NCBI GenBank assembly: GCA_963764625.1
Contig: CAVXTH010000005.1
Span: forward strand, 128,001-192,000
Source: Candidatus Krumholzibacteriota bacterium
GTDB taxonomy: Bacteria; Krumholzibacteriota; Krumholzibacteriia; JAJRXK01
Length of the DNA: 64,000 nucleotides
Direction: 5' to 3'
Shown: positions 17,074 to 24,755 of the stretch, in pieces
How positions within the stretch are numbered: position 1 is the first letter of the stretch
Layout of the letters: each line of letters begins with the position of its first letter
Made by a program: the position numbers and the translations under genes
Notes under the pieces: model-generated
What the model saw: only the letters and a program-made list of their open reading frames with translations
Database searches by the model: none
What the model was told of the DNA's origin: nothing

Positions 17074-18549
17074 CTACACGTAACGTCCCACGGGAATGTT
17101 GCGAATCACGGGATCGATGCACTCGACGACATCGTCCACGAATTCTCCGGTTTCTTCGTTCTTGCGCGCGAGATCGATGAGCGCGGTTTCCTTGGGCTTC
17201 TTTCCGCGTTCGTCCTGCAGGAGACGGATCACCGGCCTGTCGCGCAGAACCAGGTTGGTCTGCACCACGAGACCAATGGCTCCGCTCTTCACCTTGACCA
17301 CGCTTCCAATGGGATAGACGCCCATCATGTCGCAGAAGACCCCCACCAACTCCGCGTCGAACTGGGTGCCACCCTGCCGGCGCAGCATCTTCAGCACCTC
17401 GAAGGGTCGAGCCTGGCTGCGGTAGGGACGAATGGTGGTGAACGCGTCGTAGCAGTCGGCGATCTTCACGATCTTCGATCCCGTGTGGAGCTCGCTGTAG
17501 GGAAGAGGCGGATACCCGGTCCCGTCCGGATTGGTGTGATGCTCGAGGGCGATCTTCTGCGCCAGCTCGTTTCCCACCGCCGCTTCGCGCAGAATCTCCG
17601 CGCCATCGGTCGGATGTCGCTTCATCACCACCCACTCCTGGGGGGTGAAACGGCCGGGCTTGTTCAGGACCTCCAGCGGCGTATAGAGCTTGCCCACGTC
17701 GTGAATCAAGGCAGCGACTCCGAATTCGCGCAGGTCGCTTCCCTTCCACCCGATCGCCCGTGCCAGCGCGATGGAGAGCAGACCCACGTTGATCGAATGG
17801 TCGTAGGTATAGGGATCGTGCGCCCGCAGACTGGCCAGAATCAAGGTGACCTCGGTCGCCCCATCGAGGTGACGGGCGAGATCGGTGAGCGGTTGCTGGC
17901 CTTCGTCGGCCTCTTCCTTGTTCCTCGCCTCGGTGATGGTATCGATCGCGCTGGTGATCCCCGCAACCATGTTCCGAATCGCGTCACCTTCCTTTTCCCC
18001 GCGGCCCAACATCTTGCTTACCCGGTTCTCGCCGATGACCGCCGGCGCCGGATAGCCCTCCTCGGGAGGAAGTTCGATGCTTCCCGTGCCCATGTTGTGC
18101 TTGATCTCGATGTGGGAAAGACGATTGCGATCTTCCAGAAAGACGATGCTGCTCTTGTTCTGCAGGAGCCGCAGGAGTGACATGACCTCGCCCACGCTCG
18201 TGTCACTGCCGAAGTCGAGCTCCTGGATGGATTTACGGCGGGCCATGGCGTGGAATTGACGGGCGGCCTTGGGCGGGTTCTTCAGAATCTCGTCTCCCAG
18301 ACGCAGGCCCTCGGGGGTGAAGCGAAGGCTCACCGGCGCCTCTTTGGCCATGTCGACGAGCACCTGTTGCAGGACCAGAGTCTGGTTGTAGACCTCCCGG
18401 TCCAGCCAGGAAAAGCGGGCACTATTACGCAAAACACCGCAAAACATGGCAGTGAGCGAGACCAACTGGGAAGGTTTGGTCCCCTCTTGCACTCCGGAGT
18501 CGTCACTCCGAATCGCGGGAACTTCAATGTTTGTATTGGTTTGTGCCAT
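17074..18549 (-). CDS. HD-GYP domain protein (putative c-di-GMP phosphodiesterase) with unrecognised N-terminal region
   Basis: YTYDHSINV, LIHDVGK, HP..GA, EHHTNPDGTGYP, IADCYDA, RPYR, GTQFD, YPIGS; start ATG 18549 preferred. Confidence 0.9.
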   Translation of the reverse strand: MAQTNTNIEVPAIRSDDSGVQEGTKPSQLVSLTAMFCGVLRNSARFSWLDREVYNQTLVLQQVLVDMAKEAPVSLRFTPEGLRLGDEILKNPPKAARQFHAMARRKSIQELDFGSDTSVGEVMSLLRLLQNKSSIVFLEDRNRLSHIEIKHNMGTGSIELPPEEGYPAPAVIGENRVSKMLGRGEKEGDAIRNMVAGITSAIDTITEARNKEEADEGQQPLTDLARHLDGATEVTLILASLRAHDPYTYDHSINVGLLSIALARAIGWKGSDLREFGVAALIHDVGKLYTPLEVLNKPGRFTPQEWVVMKRHPTDGAEILREAAVGNELAQKIALEHHTNPDGTGYPPLPYSELHTGSKIVKIADCYDAFTTIRPYRSQARPFEVLKMLRRQGGTQFDAELVGVFCDMMGVYPIGSVVKVKSGAIGLVVQTNLVLRDRPVIRLLQDERGKKPKETALIDLARKNEETGEFVDDVVECIDPVIRNIPVGRYV

Positions 18550-18620
18550 AGCAACCCGTAGTGGCACCACGGCGCCTCCGTCCCTGTGACGGATCCTCCG
18601 CCTGCCAAGCCTCATGCGAC

Positions 18621-18637
18621 TGCAAAGCCCAGGCCAG
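18621..18637 (-). promoter_or_regulatory. Candidate sigma54 promoter for the HD-GYP gene
   Basis: CTGGCCTGGGCTTTGCA = TGGC-N7-TTGCA with exact GG-N10-GC spacing; about 73 nt upstream of ATG 18549. Confidence 0.6.
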
Positions 18638-18679
18638 AGCCCGGAGCCGCCGGCACCGATTTTGGTTCCAGAATGTGGA

Positions 18680-20656
18680 CTATTTCAGCAGCAGGGCGCG
18701 CACCGAATCCCGGGCGTGCTCACTCTCGATCACGAAGGTGTAGACCCCGCTGGCCAAAACGCGTCCCCGTCCGTCGCGTCCGTCGAAATGCACGCTCACC
18801 CGTCCGGGACCGGCCACGCCCTCAAAGAGGCGACGAACCTGGCGTCCCTTGGCGTCGATGACCCGAAGCTGCACCTGCATCGCCTGGGGCAATTCGAAGC
18901 TCACGTCGGTGGAGGGGTTGAAGGGATTGGGCTTTGGGGGAAGCAGCTGGAAGCCCAATGTGGGCAGGCTCAGGCTGAAGTTCTCGCTGCGGGTGAGCCC
19001 CTCCGCGTCGAGAGACCACTGCAGCTCCACCTGATCCACGCTCTCGATCTGCGAACGGTCGAAGCGTCCCACGAGAGCTTCGTCCTGGCGGGAGAGCCCC
19101 TGGCCCAATTCTGCCAGAACTCTCGCGCCATTTCCGATGGCCAACAGAACCGCGCGTTGGGCGTCGACGACCTGGCCGTCAAAACGAAGCTCGAGACCTC
19201 CGTCGCCCAAGGGGTGCTGCTCCATCCGCGTGGGTAGAACCGGCAGGGGAATGCCGGCGGAGGAAATCAACCCCACGTAGCCGCTGAGCGCGTCTGAGGG
19301 GTTATTCCCCAGCGGAGCGCCCACCGCGAACTCGGGTTTGCCGTCCCCGTCGAGATCACCGATGAAAGAAATCGAGGTGCCGAGCAGATCGCCCGAGGGC
19401 GCCATCAGGGCCAGGGCCCCGCGGGTGACCGTCGTCCCCTGGCTAGCCAGGGTGTAGCTGGAGCCCCCAGCAAAGAAATAGGCCACTCCCGCATCCTGGC
19501 CGGGCACGTCGCGCGGCGGAGCTCCCACCACCAGGTCCGTGCGATCGCTGCCGGCGAAGTCGCCCACGTCGGCCAGGGCCTCCCCGAAGCGATCCCCACC
19601 GATTTCCCCCACGATCACCTGGTCGGGGGAAGGCTGCGCGCTGGGAAGGGCCGCCCCGTAGTAGATGGCCACGTAGCCTTTTTCCGCCAAATAGCCGGGG
19701 GCGCCGATCGCCACGTCGGTGCGGGTCCCCGCATCGAAGTTCCCGGCCTGACTCACCGACCAGCCCAGATACAGGTCGGACGGATCTCCGGCCCGGGGCA
19801 AGAAAGCGACGGCGGCGGTCGAGGAGGGCAGAATCCCACCGCTCCCCCCAAAGAAGAGATAGGCGCGGCCCCCGTTGAGGATCGGTTGATTCTTGTAGGG
19901 CGCTCCCACCAGGAAGCCCGCAGTCCCGTCGCCCTTGAAATTGGGAACGTCGGCCACCGAATAGCCGAACTGGTCGCCCGCGACTTCACCGGTGAAGCGC
20001 TTGGCGGCGGAATTGGAGGGGGTGCCGCTGGCGCCCAGATAGAGATACACCGCGCCCTGGTCGGTTCCGGGAGAATTTGCCAGGGGGGCGCCCACGAGAA
20101 AGTCCGGCTTGCCGTCATCGTTGAGATCGCCCCCACGCGTGAGGCTCCAGCCGAAGTGGTCTCCGGCGATCTCACCGCTCAGAATCAGATCCGGGGTGGA
20201 GTCCATGGGGTCACCGCCGAAGAAGACGTAGACCCGGCCCGCTTCCGAGGCGACCGCGTTGTTGAACGGCGCCCCCACCGCCAGATCATCGAAGCCATCC
20301 CCGTTCACGTCGCCGATGCCGCCCACCGCGTATCCGAAGTGCTCCTGGGTCCCGGTCCCCTCGAGCTGGAGCCGGGCCTGCGTCCCGCCGAAGAACACGA
20401 AGGCGCGCCCCTTGTCCAGGCCGCTGCGGCTATCCAGGGGAGCGCCGATGACCAGGTCCGGCTCGCCGTCGTGGTTGAGATCGCCGGCATCGCGGACCGA
20501 CTGTCCGTAGTGGCCGTTCGCGGCGGCGCTCTGCCCGAAAAGAGTGGACGTGATGGTCTGCGCCGCGGCGCCGTTAGCCCACAGAAGCGGCAAAACGAGC
20601 AGGAGGGCACGAGTGAAGCGGAAAGTCGCGGATTGGGACGAGCGGGGGCGGGCCAT
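18680..20656 (-). CDS. Secreted FG-GAP repeat (integrin-alpha-like 7-bladed propeller) protein with C-terminal FlgD-Ig/T9SS-type sorting domain
   Basis: Signal peptide (AAA-Q); seven FG...GD.(N/D).DG..D...GAP-type repeats; C-terminus PNPFNPST...GRQVRRL...FDGRDGRGRVLASGVY...LLLK. Confidence 0.9.
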   Translation of the reverse strand: MARPRSSQSATFRFTRALLLVLPLLWANGAAAQTITSTLFGQSAAANGHYGQSVRDAGDLNHDGEPDLVIGAPLDSRSGLDKGRAFVFFGGTQARLQLEGTGTQEHFGYAVGGIGDVNGDGFDDLAVGAPFNNAVASEAGRVYVFFGGDPMDSTPDLILSGEIAGDHFGWSLTRGGDLNDDGKPDFLVGAPLANSPGTDQGAVYLYLGASGTPSNSAAKRFTGEVAGDQFGYSVADVPNFKGDGTAGFLVGAPYKNQPILNGGRAYLFFGGSGGILPSSTAAVAFLPRAGDPSDLYLGWSVSQAGNFDAGTRTDVAIGAPGYLAEKGYVAIYYGAALPSAQPSPDQVIVGEIGGDRFGEALADVGDFAGSDRTDLVVGAPPRDVPGQDAGVAYFFAGGSSYTLASQGTTVTRGALALMAPSGDLLGTSISFIGDLDGDGKPEFAVGAPLGNNPSDALSGYVGLISSAGIPLPVLPTRMEQHPLGDGGLELRFDGQVVDAQRAVLLAIGNGARVLAELGQGLSRQDEALVGRFDRSQIESVDQVELQWSLDAEGLTRSENFSLSLPTLGFQLLPPKPNPFNPSTDVSFELPQAMQVQLRVIDAKGRQVRRLFEGVAGPGRVSVHFDGRDGRGRVLASGVYTFVIESEHARDSVRALLLK

Positions 20657-20731
20657 GACGACTCCTGACTGGACTGCGAGAAACACCGGACCACGACGTG
20701 AAGCCACGGTGAATACACCCCTTCATTATCG

Positions 20732-20748
20732 AGCAAAGACCCTGCCCG
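20732..20748 (-). promoter_or_regulatory. Candidate sigma54 promoter for the FG-GAP gene
   Basis: CGGGCAGGGTCTTTGCT = GGCA-N6-TTGCT with exact spacing; about 77 nt upstream of ATG 20656. Confidence 0.5.
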
Positions 20749-20866
20749 TTTCCAGTCCGGCCTGGCCGGAAGGTAAAATTTGCTCCTTTTTTTCGCTCAG
20801 TTCGAGGGCGCGCCCGTCCCCGGTCCAGACGCGCCTACCCCTCTCCGTCGCAGCCCGGGACCGGCT

Positions 20867-23140
20867 TTAGGCCGATCGGGCCGGGCGGCGCTGAGCGTCG
20901 AGTACCGCGATTGCGGTCAGATTTACGATGTCGCCCACTTCCGCGTCTCGCTGGAGAACGTGGACCGGCTTGGAGAGCCCGTTCAGGATGGGGCCGATGA
21001 GCTCGGCTCCTCCCAGGCGGTGCAGGAGTTTGTACGCGGAGTTCGCCGCCGTCAGATTCGGAAACACGAGGCAGTTGGCGGAACGACCCAGGCGGTTGAA
21101 GGGATGCCGATTCTCGAGCAGCTCCTGCACCACCGCGGTGTCGGCGTGCATCTCGCCGTCCAGCAGCAGATCGGGCTCCTTCTCGCGACAGATCCGTACC
21201 GCCTCGCGAACTTTCTCCGCCTCCGGACCGCGCGCGCTCCCGAAATTGCTGTAGCTCAGCAGCGCGACCCGCGGTTCGATCTGCAGGCTGCGCGCGATCT
21301 CCGCGGTGGAGAGGGCGATCTCCGCCAGCTTCTCCGCATCCGGATCCTGATTGACCGCGCAGTCCGCCAGCAGGTAGGGCTTCTGTCCAATGATGCACAC
21401 GTACACCGCCGAGACCGTGGTGCGTCCTTCCGCCATGGGCAAGACCTGCAATGCGGGACGAATCGTCTCGGGATAGTAGTTCGTCAATCCCCCCACCACC
21501 GCGTCCGCCTGACCCGACTGCAGCATCATGGCGGCGTGCATGTTGGGATCGCGAAGAGCCCTTCGAGCGTCGACCAGAGTCATCCCCTTGCGCGCGCGCA
21601 GCTTGAACAGCGCTTTGGCCAGCTCGTCGTGCGACCCGTCGTTCAGGCTGGGGTCGTGCACTTCGATCCCCGCGAGAGAAATGTGACGTTCCACCGCGAG
21701 CTTCTCGATCTCCTCTTCGCCACCCAAGAGGATGGGCAAACCGATGTTCTCGTCCACCACCCGCCGCGCCGCGCGGAGGAAGCGGAGATCGGCTCCGTCG
21801 GTAAACACGACCTGCTTGGGCTTCTGTTGGGCCCGTACGCGCACCGCCTGCATGAGATTGTACGAGGCTTGAAACCGCGCCTGGAGCGAATCGGCGTAAG
21901 CCTGCACATCGGGCAAGGGCACGCGCGCCACGCCCTCTTCGGTCGCGGTCTTGGCGATGGCCGGAGCCACGTACCACAGAACGCGTGGATCAAAAGGCTT
22001 GGGAATGATGTAGTCGGGACCGAATTCGAGGCGGTCGAGGTTGTAGGCCTTGAGCACCGAATCGGGAACGTCCTCTTGCGCCAACTGAGCCAGCGCTTGC
22101 GCCGCCGCCACTTTCATTCCCTCGGTGATTCCGCGCGCGCGCACGTCGAGCGCACCGCGGAAGATGAAGGGAAAGCCCAGGACGTTGTTCACCTGATTGG
22201 GATAGTCGCTGCGTCCGGTGGCCACGATGGCGTCGGGACAAGCTTCCTTGGCCTTCTCGTAGGTGATCTCGGGATAGGGATTGGCCAGAGCAAAGATGAT
22301 CGGTTTCTTGGCCATACTCTTGACCATTTCCTGGTCGACCAGATCCTTGACCGAAACGCCGAGAAAGACGTCGGCGCCTTTCATGGCATCGGCCAGACTC
22401 CTGGCCTTCGTCTTGACGACCCACTGCTGCTTCACCGGATTCAGATCGTCGCGACCGTCGTGGACCACGCCCTTGGAGTCGCAGAGGATCACGTTTTCCT
22501 TGGCTACGCCCAATTGCACCATGAAGCGCGAGCAGGCGATCCCCGCCGCTCCAGCCCCGCTCACCACCAACTTCAGGTCCTCCAGTTTGCGACCGGTGAT
22601 CTGACAGGCGTTCAAGAGCCCGGCGCCGGCGATGATCGCCGTTCCGTGCTGGTCGTCGTGGAATACGGGGATGTCGAGTTTCTTCTTGAGCGTCTCTTCG
22701 ATGTAGAAGCACTCGGGCGCCTTGATGTCCTCGAGATTGATGCCGCCGAAGGTGGGTTCCAGGATCTCGCAGGTCCGAATGATCTCGTCCGGATCGCCGG
22801 TCGCAAGTTCGATGTCGAAGACGTCGATGTCGGCGAATCGCTTGAAGAGTACCGCCTTGCCTTCCATGACCGGCTTGCCGCCGAGCGGGCCGATGTCGCC
22901 CAACCCCAAGACCGCCGTGCCGTTGGAGACGACCGCGACCAGATTCCCCCGATTCGTGTAGAGAAAGGCGTCGTCTGGGTTCTTCTCGATTGCCAGACAG
23001 GGCTCGGCCACGCCCGGCGTGTAGGCCATGCTCAAGTCGTGCTGGGTGGAACAGGGTTTGGTGGGTCGAACTTCCGTTTTGCCCGGACGACCGCGCCGGT
23101 GATAGTCCAAAGCTTCGCTAAATTGCCCATCGTTGCTCAT
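20867..23140 (-). CDS. maeB: NADP-dependent malic enzyme fused to a phosphotransacetylase-like domain
   Basis: [54 protein letters not shown]-terminal PTA domain with DGEMHAD; GGAGG SD before ATG 23140. Confidence 0.97.
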   Translation of the reverse strand: MSNDGQFSEALDYHRRGRPGKTEVRPTKPCSTQHDLSMAYTPGVAEPCLAIEKNPDDAFLYTNRGNLVAVVSNGTAVLGLGDIGPLGGKPVMEGKAVLFKRFADIDVFDIELATGDPDEIIRTCEILEPTFGGINLEDIKAPECFYIEETLKKKLDIPVFHDDQHGTAIIAGAGLLNACQITGRKLEDLKLVVSGAGAAGIACSRFMVQLGVAKENVILCDSKGVVHDGRDDLNPVKQQWVVKTKARSLADAMKGADVFLGVSVKDLVDQEMVKSMAKKPIIFALANPYPEITYEKAKEACPDAIVATGRSDYPNQVNNVLGFPFIFRGALDVRARGITEGMKVAAAQALAQLAQEDVPDSVLKAYNLDRLEFGPDYIIPKPFDPRVLWYVAPAIAKTATEEGVARVPLPDVQAYADSLQARFQASYNLMQAVRVRAQQKPKQVVFTDGADLRFLRAARRVVDENIGLPILLGGEEEIEKLAVERHISLAGIEVHDPSLNDGSHDELAKALFKLRARKGMTLVDARRALRDPNMHAAMMLQSGQADAVVGGLTNYYPETIRPALQVLPMAEGRTTVSAVYVCIIGQKPYLLADCAVNQDPDAEKLAEIALSTAEIARSLQIEPRVALLSYSNFGSARGPEAEKVREAVRICREKEPDLLLDGEMHADTAVVQELLENRHPFNRLGRSANCLVFPNLTAANSAYKLLHRLGGAELIGPILNGLSKPVHVLQRDAEVGDIVNLTAIAVLDAQRRPARSA

Positions 23141-23255
23141 GGAGATCCCTCCCTCCAAAAGTGCTGGGCCAACGATAGTCCCTGGATCTTCAACATCCAA
23201 CCCAACTTACCCGAACGCCGGTTCGGGCTTGCAGGCTGGGGGAAGGCTGGCTAGG

Positions 23256-23272
23256 GTGGTATCCATCTTGCC
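23256..23272 (+). promoter_or_regulatory. Candidate sigma54 promoter, abutting a possible sigma70 TTGCAG-N17-TAGGGT at 23229-23257
   Basis: GTGGTATCCATCTTGCC = TGGTAT-N5-TTGC; about 59 nt upstream of ATG 23330. Confidence 0.5.
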
Positions 23273-23329
23273 CTTGATCCCGGCAGCTCCTTGCCGGCCA
23301 AGCGCGGTGGAGCCAGGGAGATTTCCAGA

Positions 23330-24733
23330 ATGCGTCGTTACTTCGGCATCTTCGTCGTGTTGCTCATGCTAGCGTGGTTGTACGCCCGGATCGGTGGATT
23401 CGGTGCGAACCCCGGCGGCATGTCTTCTGACCTGCCCAGAGGTGGAGAGTCGGGCAAAGATTCCCTGACCACTCTGGCGCGGGTGACCCCTTTGAACGAC
23501 GAGGAGGAAGCGGCGGATGATTCCCTGGCGGTAAGCTCGGCGCCAGAGGACGAACTTTTCGACAGTCGATCCCTCGCCAACCCGAGCGAGGGTTGGGAGA
23601 GCATCACCGTCGGACGGGGTCAGTCCTTCTACGTGGCGATGCGGGGTGCGGGAATCGCGCACGAGGACATCATGAGCCTGGTGAAGGCGTGCAAACCCCA
23701 ATCGAATTTCCGACAGGTGCAGGCCGGCGCCAGCTTCCGCATTCAGCGCAACGAAAATGAGGCCCTCACCGCCTTCCATTCCGAACTGGATGGAGAGCAT
23801 TACCTGCTGGCGACGCGAACTTCTTCGGGTTGGAAGACCGAGATCGGCGCCTATCCTCTGCAGCGCAAGGTCAAGGGAGTGAAAGGCGTCATCGAATCGA
23901 ACCTCTTCGATGCTCTGGTCGCGGAAGACGCGAACCCGCAGCTCGCGACGGAGCTGAGCGAGATCCTGGGTTGGGACATCGACTTCTTCCGCGATCTTCG
24001 CAAGGGCGACAAGTTCAAGCTGGTCTACGAGGAGTACTCGCGGGAAGGCAAGCGCGTGCGCGACGGTCGCATTATGGCTGCGACCTTCACCAACAAGGGC
24101 CACGAGTTTTCCGCCTATCTCTTCCAGAACAAATTGGGCTTCCCCGCCTACTACGACGACAAGGGGAGAAGTCTCGAAAAGCAGTTCCTCCGTGCGCCGC
24201 TCAAGTACAGCCGGATCAGCAGCAATTTCTCACGGCATCGTCTCCACCCCATCGACCACGTCTACCGTCCGCACTACGGGGTGGACTACGCGGCGCCCCG
24301 AGGCACACCGGTGTACGCGACAGCCAACGGTACGGTCGAAAAGAGGGAGCGGATACGAGGCAACGGAAACTACGTCCGGCTCCGCCACGGCAACGGATAC
24401 GAGACCTACTACCTGCACCTTTCGCACTTCGCGCAAAGCCTCCACCTGGGCCAGAGAGTGAAGCAGGGAGATCTCATCGGTTACGTCGGCATGACCGGAA
24501 AGGCCACCGCCCCCCATCTCGATTACCGGGTGAAGCACAACAGTAAGTGGCTCAACCCGCGTAAGCTCGATCTGCCGCCAGCCGCGCCGATCGAGGATGA
24601 ACGCCGGGCGCTCTTCATGGAAAGAAGAGAGGAATTGCGCGCGGAGCTCGCGCGAATCCCGGGGGACGAGAACGAGACCATCGTGCTCGAGCGTGAGACG
24701 ACGAAGGCGGCGGTCGAACCCGCCGGCCGCTGA
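23330..24733 (+). CDS. M23 peptidoglycan DD-endopeptidase (MepM/Csd3-like)
   Basis: N-terminal TM segment; WDIDFFRDLRKGD, FLRAPL, HYGVDY (HxxxD), YLHLS (HxH), APHLDY. Confidence 0.93.
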   Translation: MRRYFGIFVVLLMLAWLYARIGGFGANPGGMSSDLPRGGESGKDSLTTLARVTPLNDEEEAADDSLAVSSAPEDELFDSRSLANPSEGWESITVGRGQSFYVAMRGAGIAHEDIMSLVKACKPQSNFRQVQAGASFRIQRNENEALTAFHSELDGEHYLLATRTSSGWKTEIGAYPLQRKVKGVKGVIESNLFDALVAEDANPQLATELSEILGWDIDFFRDLRKGDKFKLVYEEYSREGKRVRDGRIMAATFTNKGHEFSAYLFQNKLGFPAYYDDKGRSLEKQFLRAPLKYSRISSNFSRHRLHPIDHVYRPHYGVDYAAPRGTPVYATANGTVEKRERIRGNGNYVRLRHGNGYETYYLHLSHFAQSLHLGQRVKQGDLIGYVGMTGKATAPHLDYRVKHNSKWLNPRKLDLPPAAPIEDERRALFMERREELRAELARIPGDENETIVLERETTKAAVEPAGR

Positions 24734-24755
24734 ACATCCGCGGCGGGCCGCATCC

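Noticed and set aside
18600-18645. c-di-GMP-I riboswitch-like GCAAAGCC next to the HD-GYP gene (a similar GGACGCAAAAGGCC occurs near 1981)
   Set aside because: It is on the wrong strand for the downstream gene, has no GGCAAA/GNRA P2 stem, and is better explained as the reverse complement of a sigma54 -12 box.
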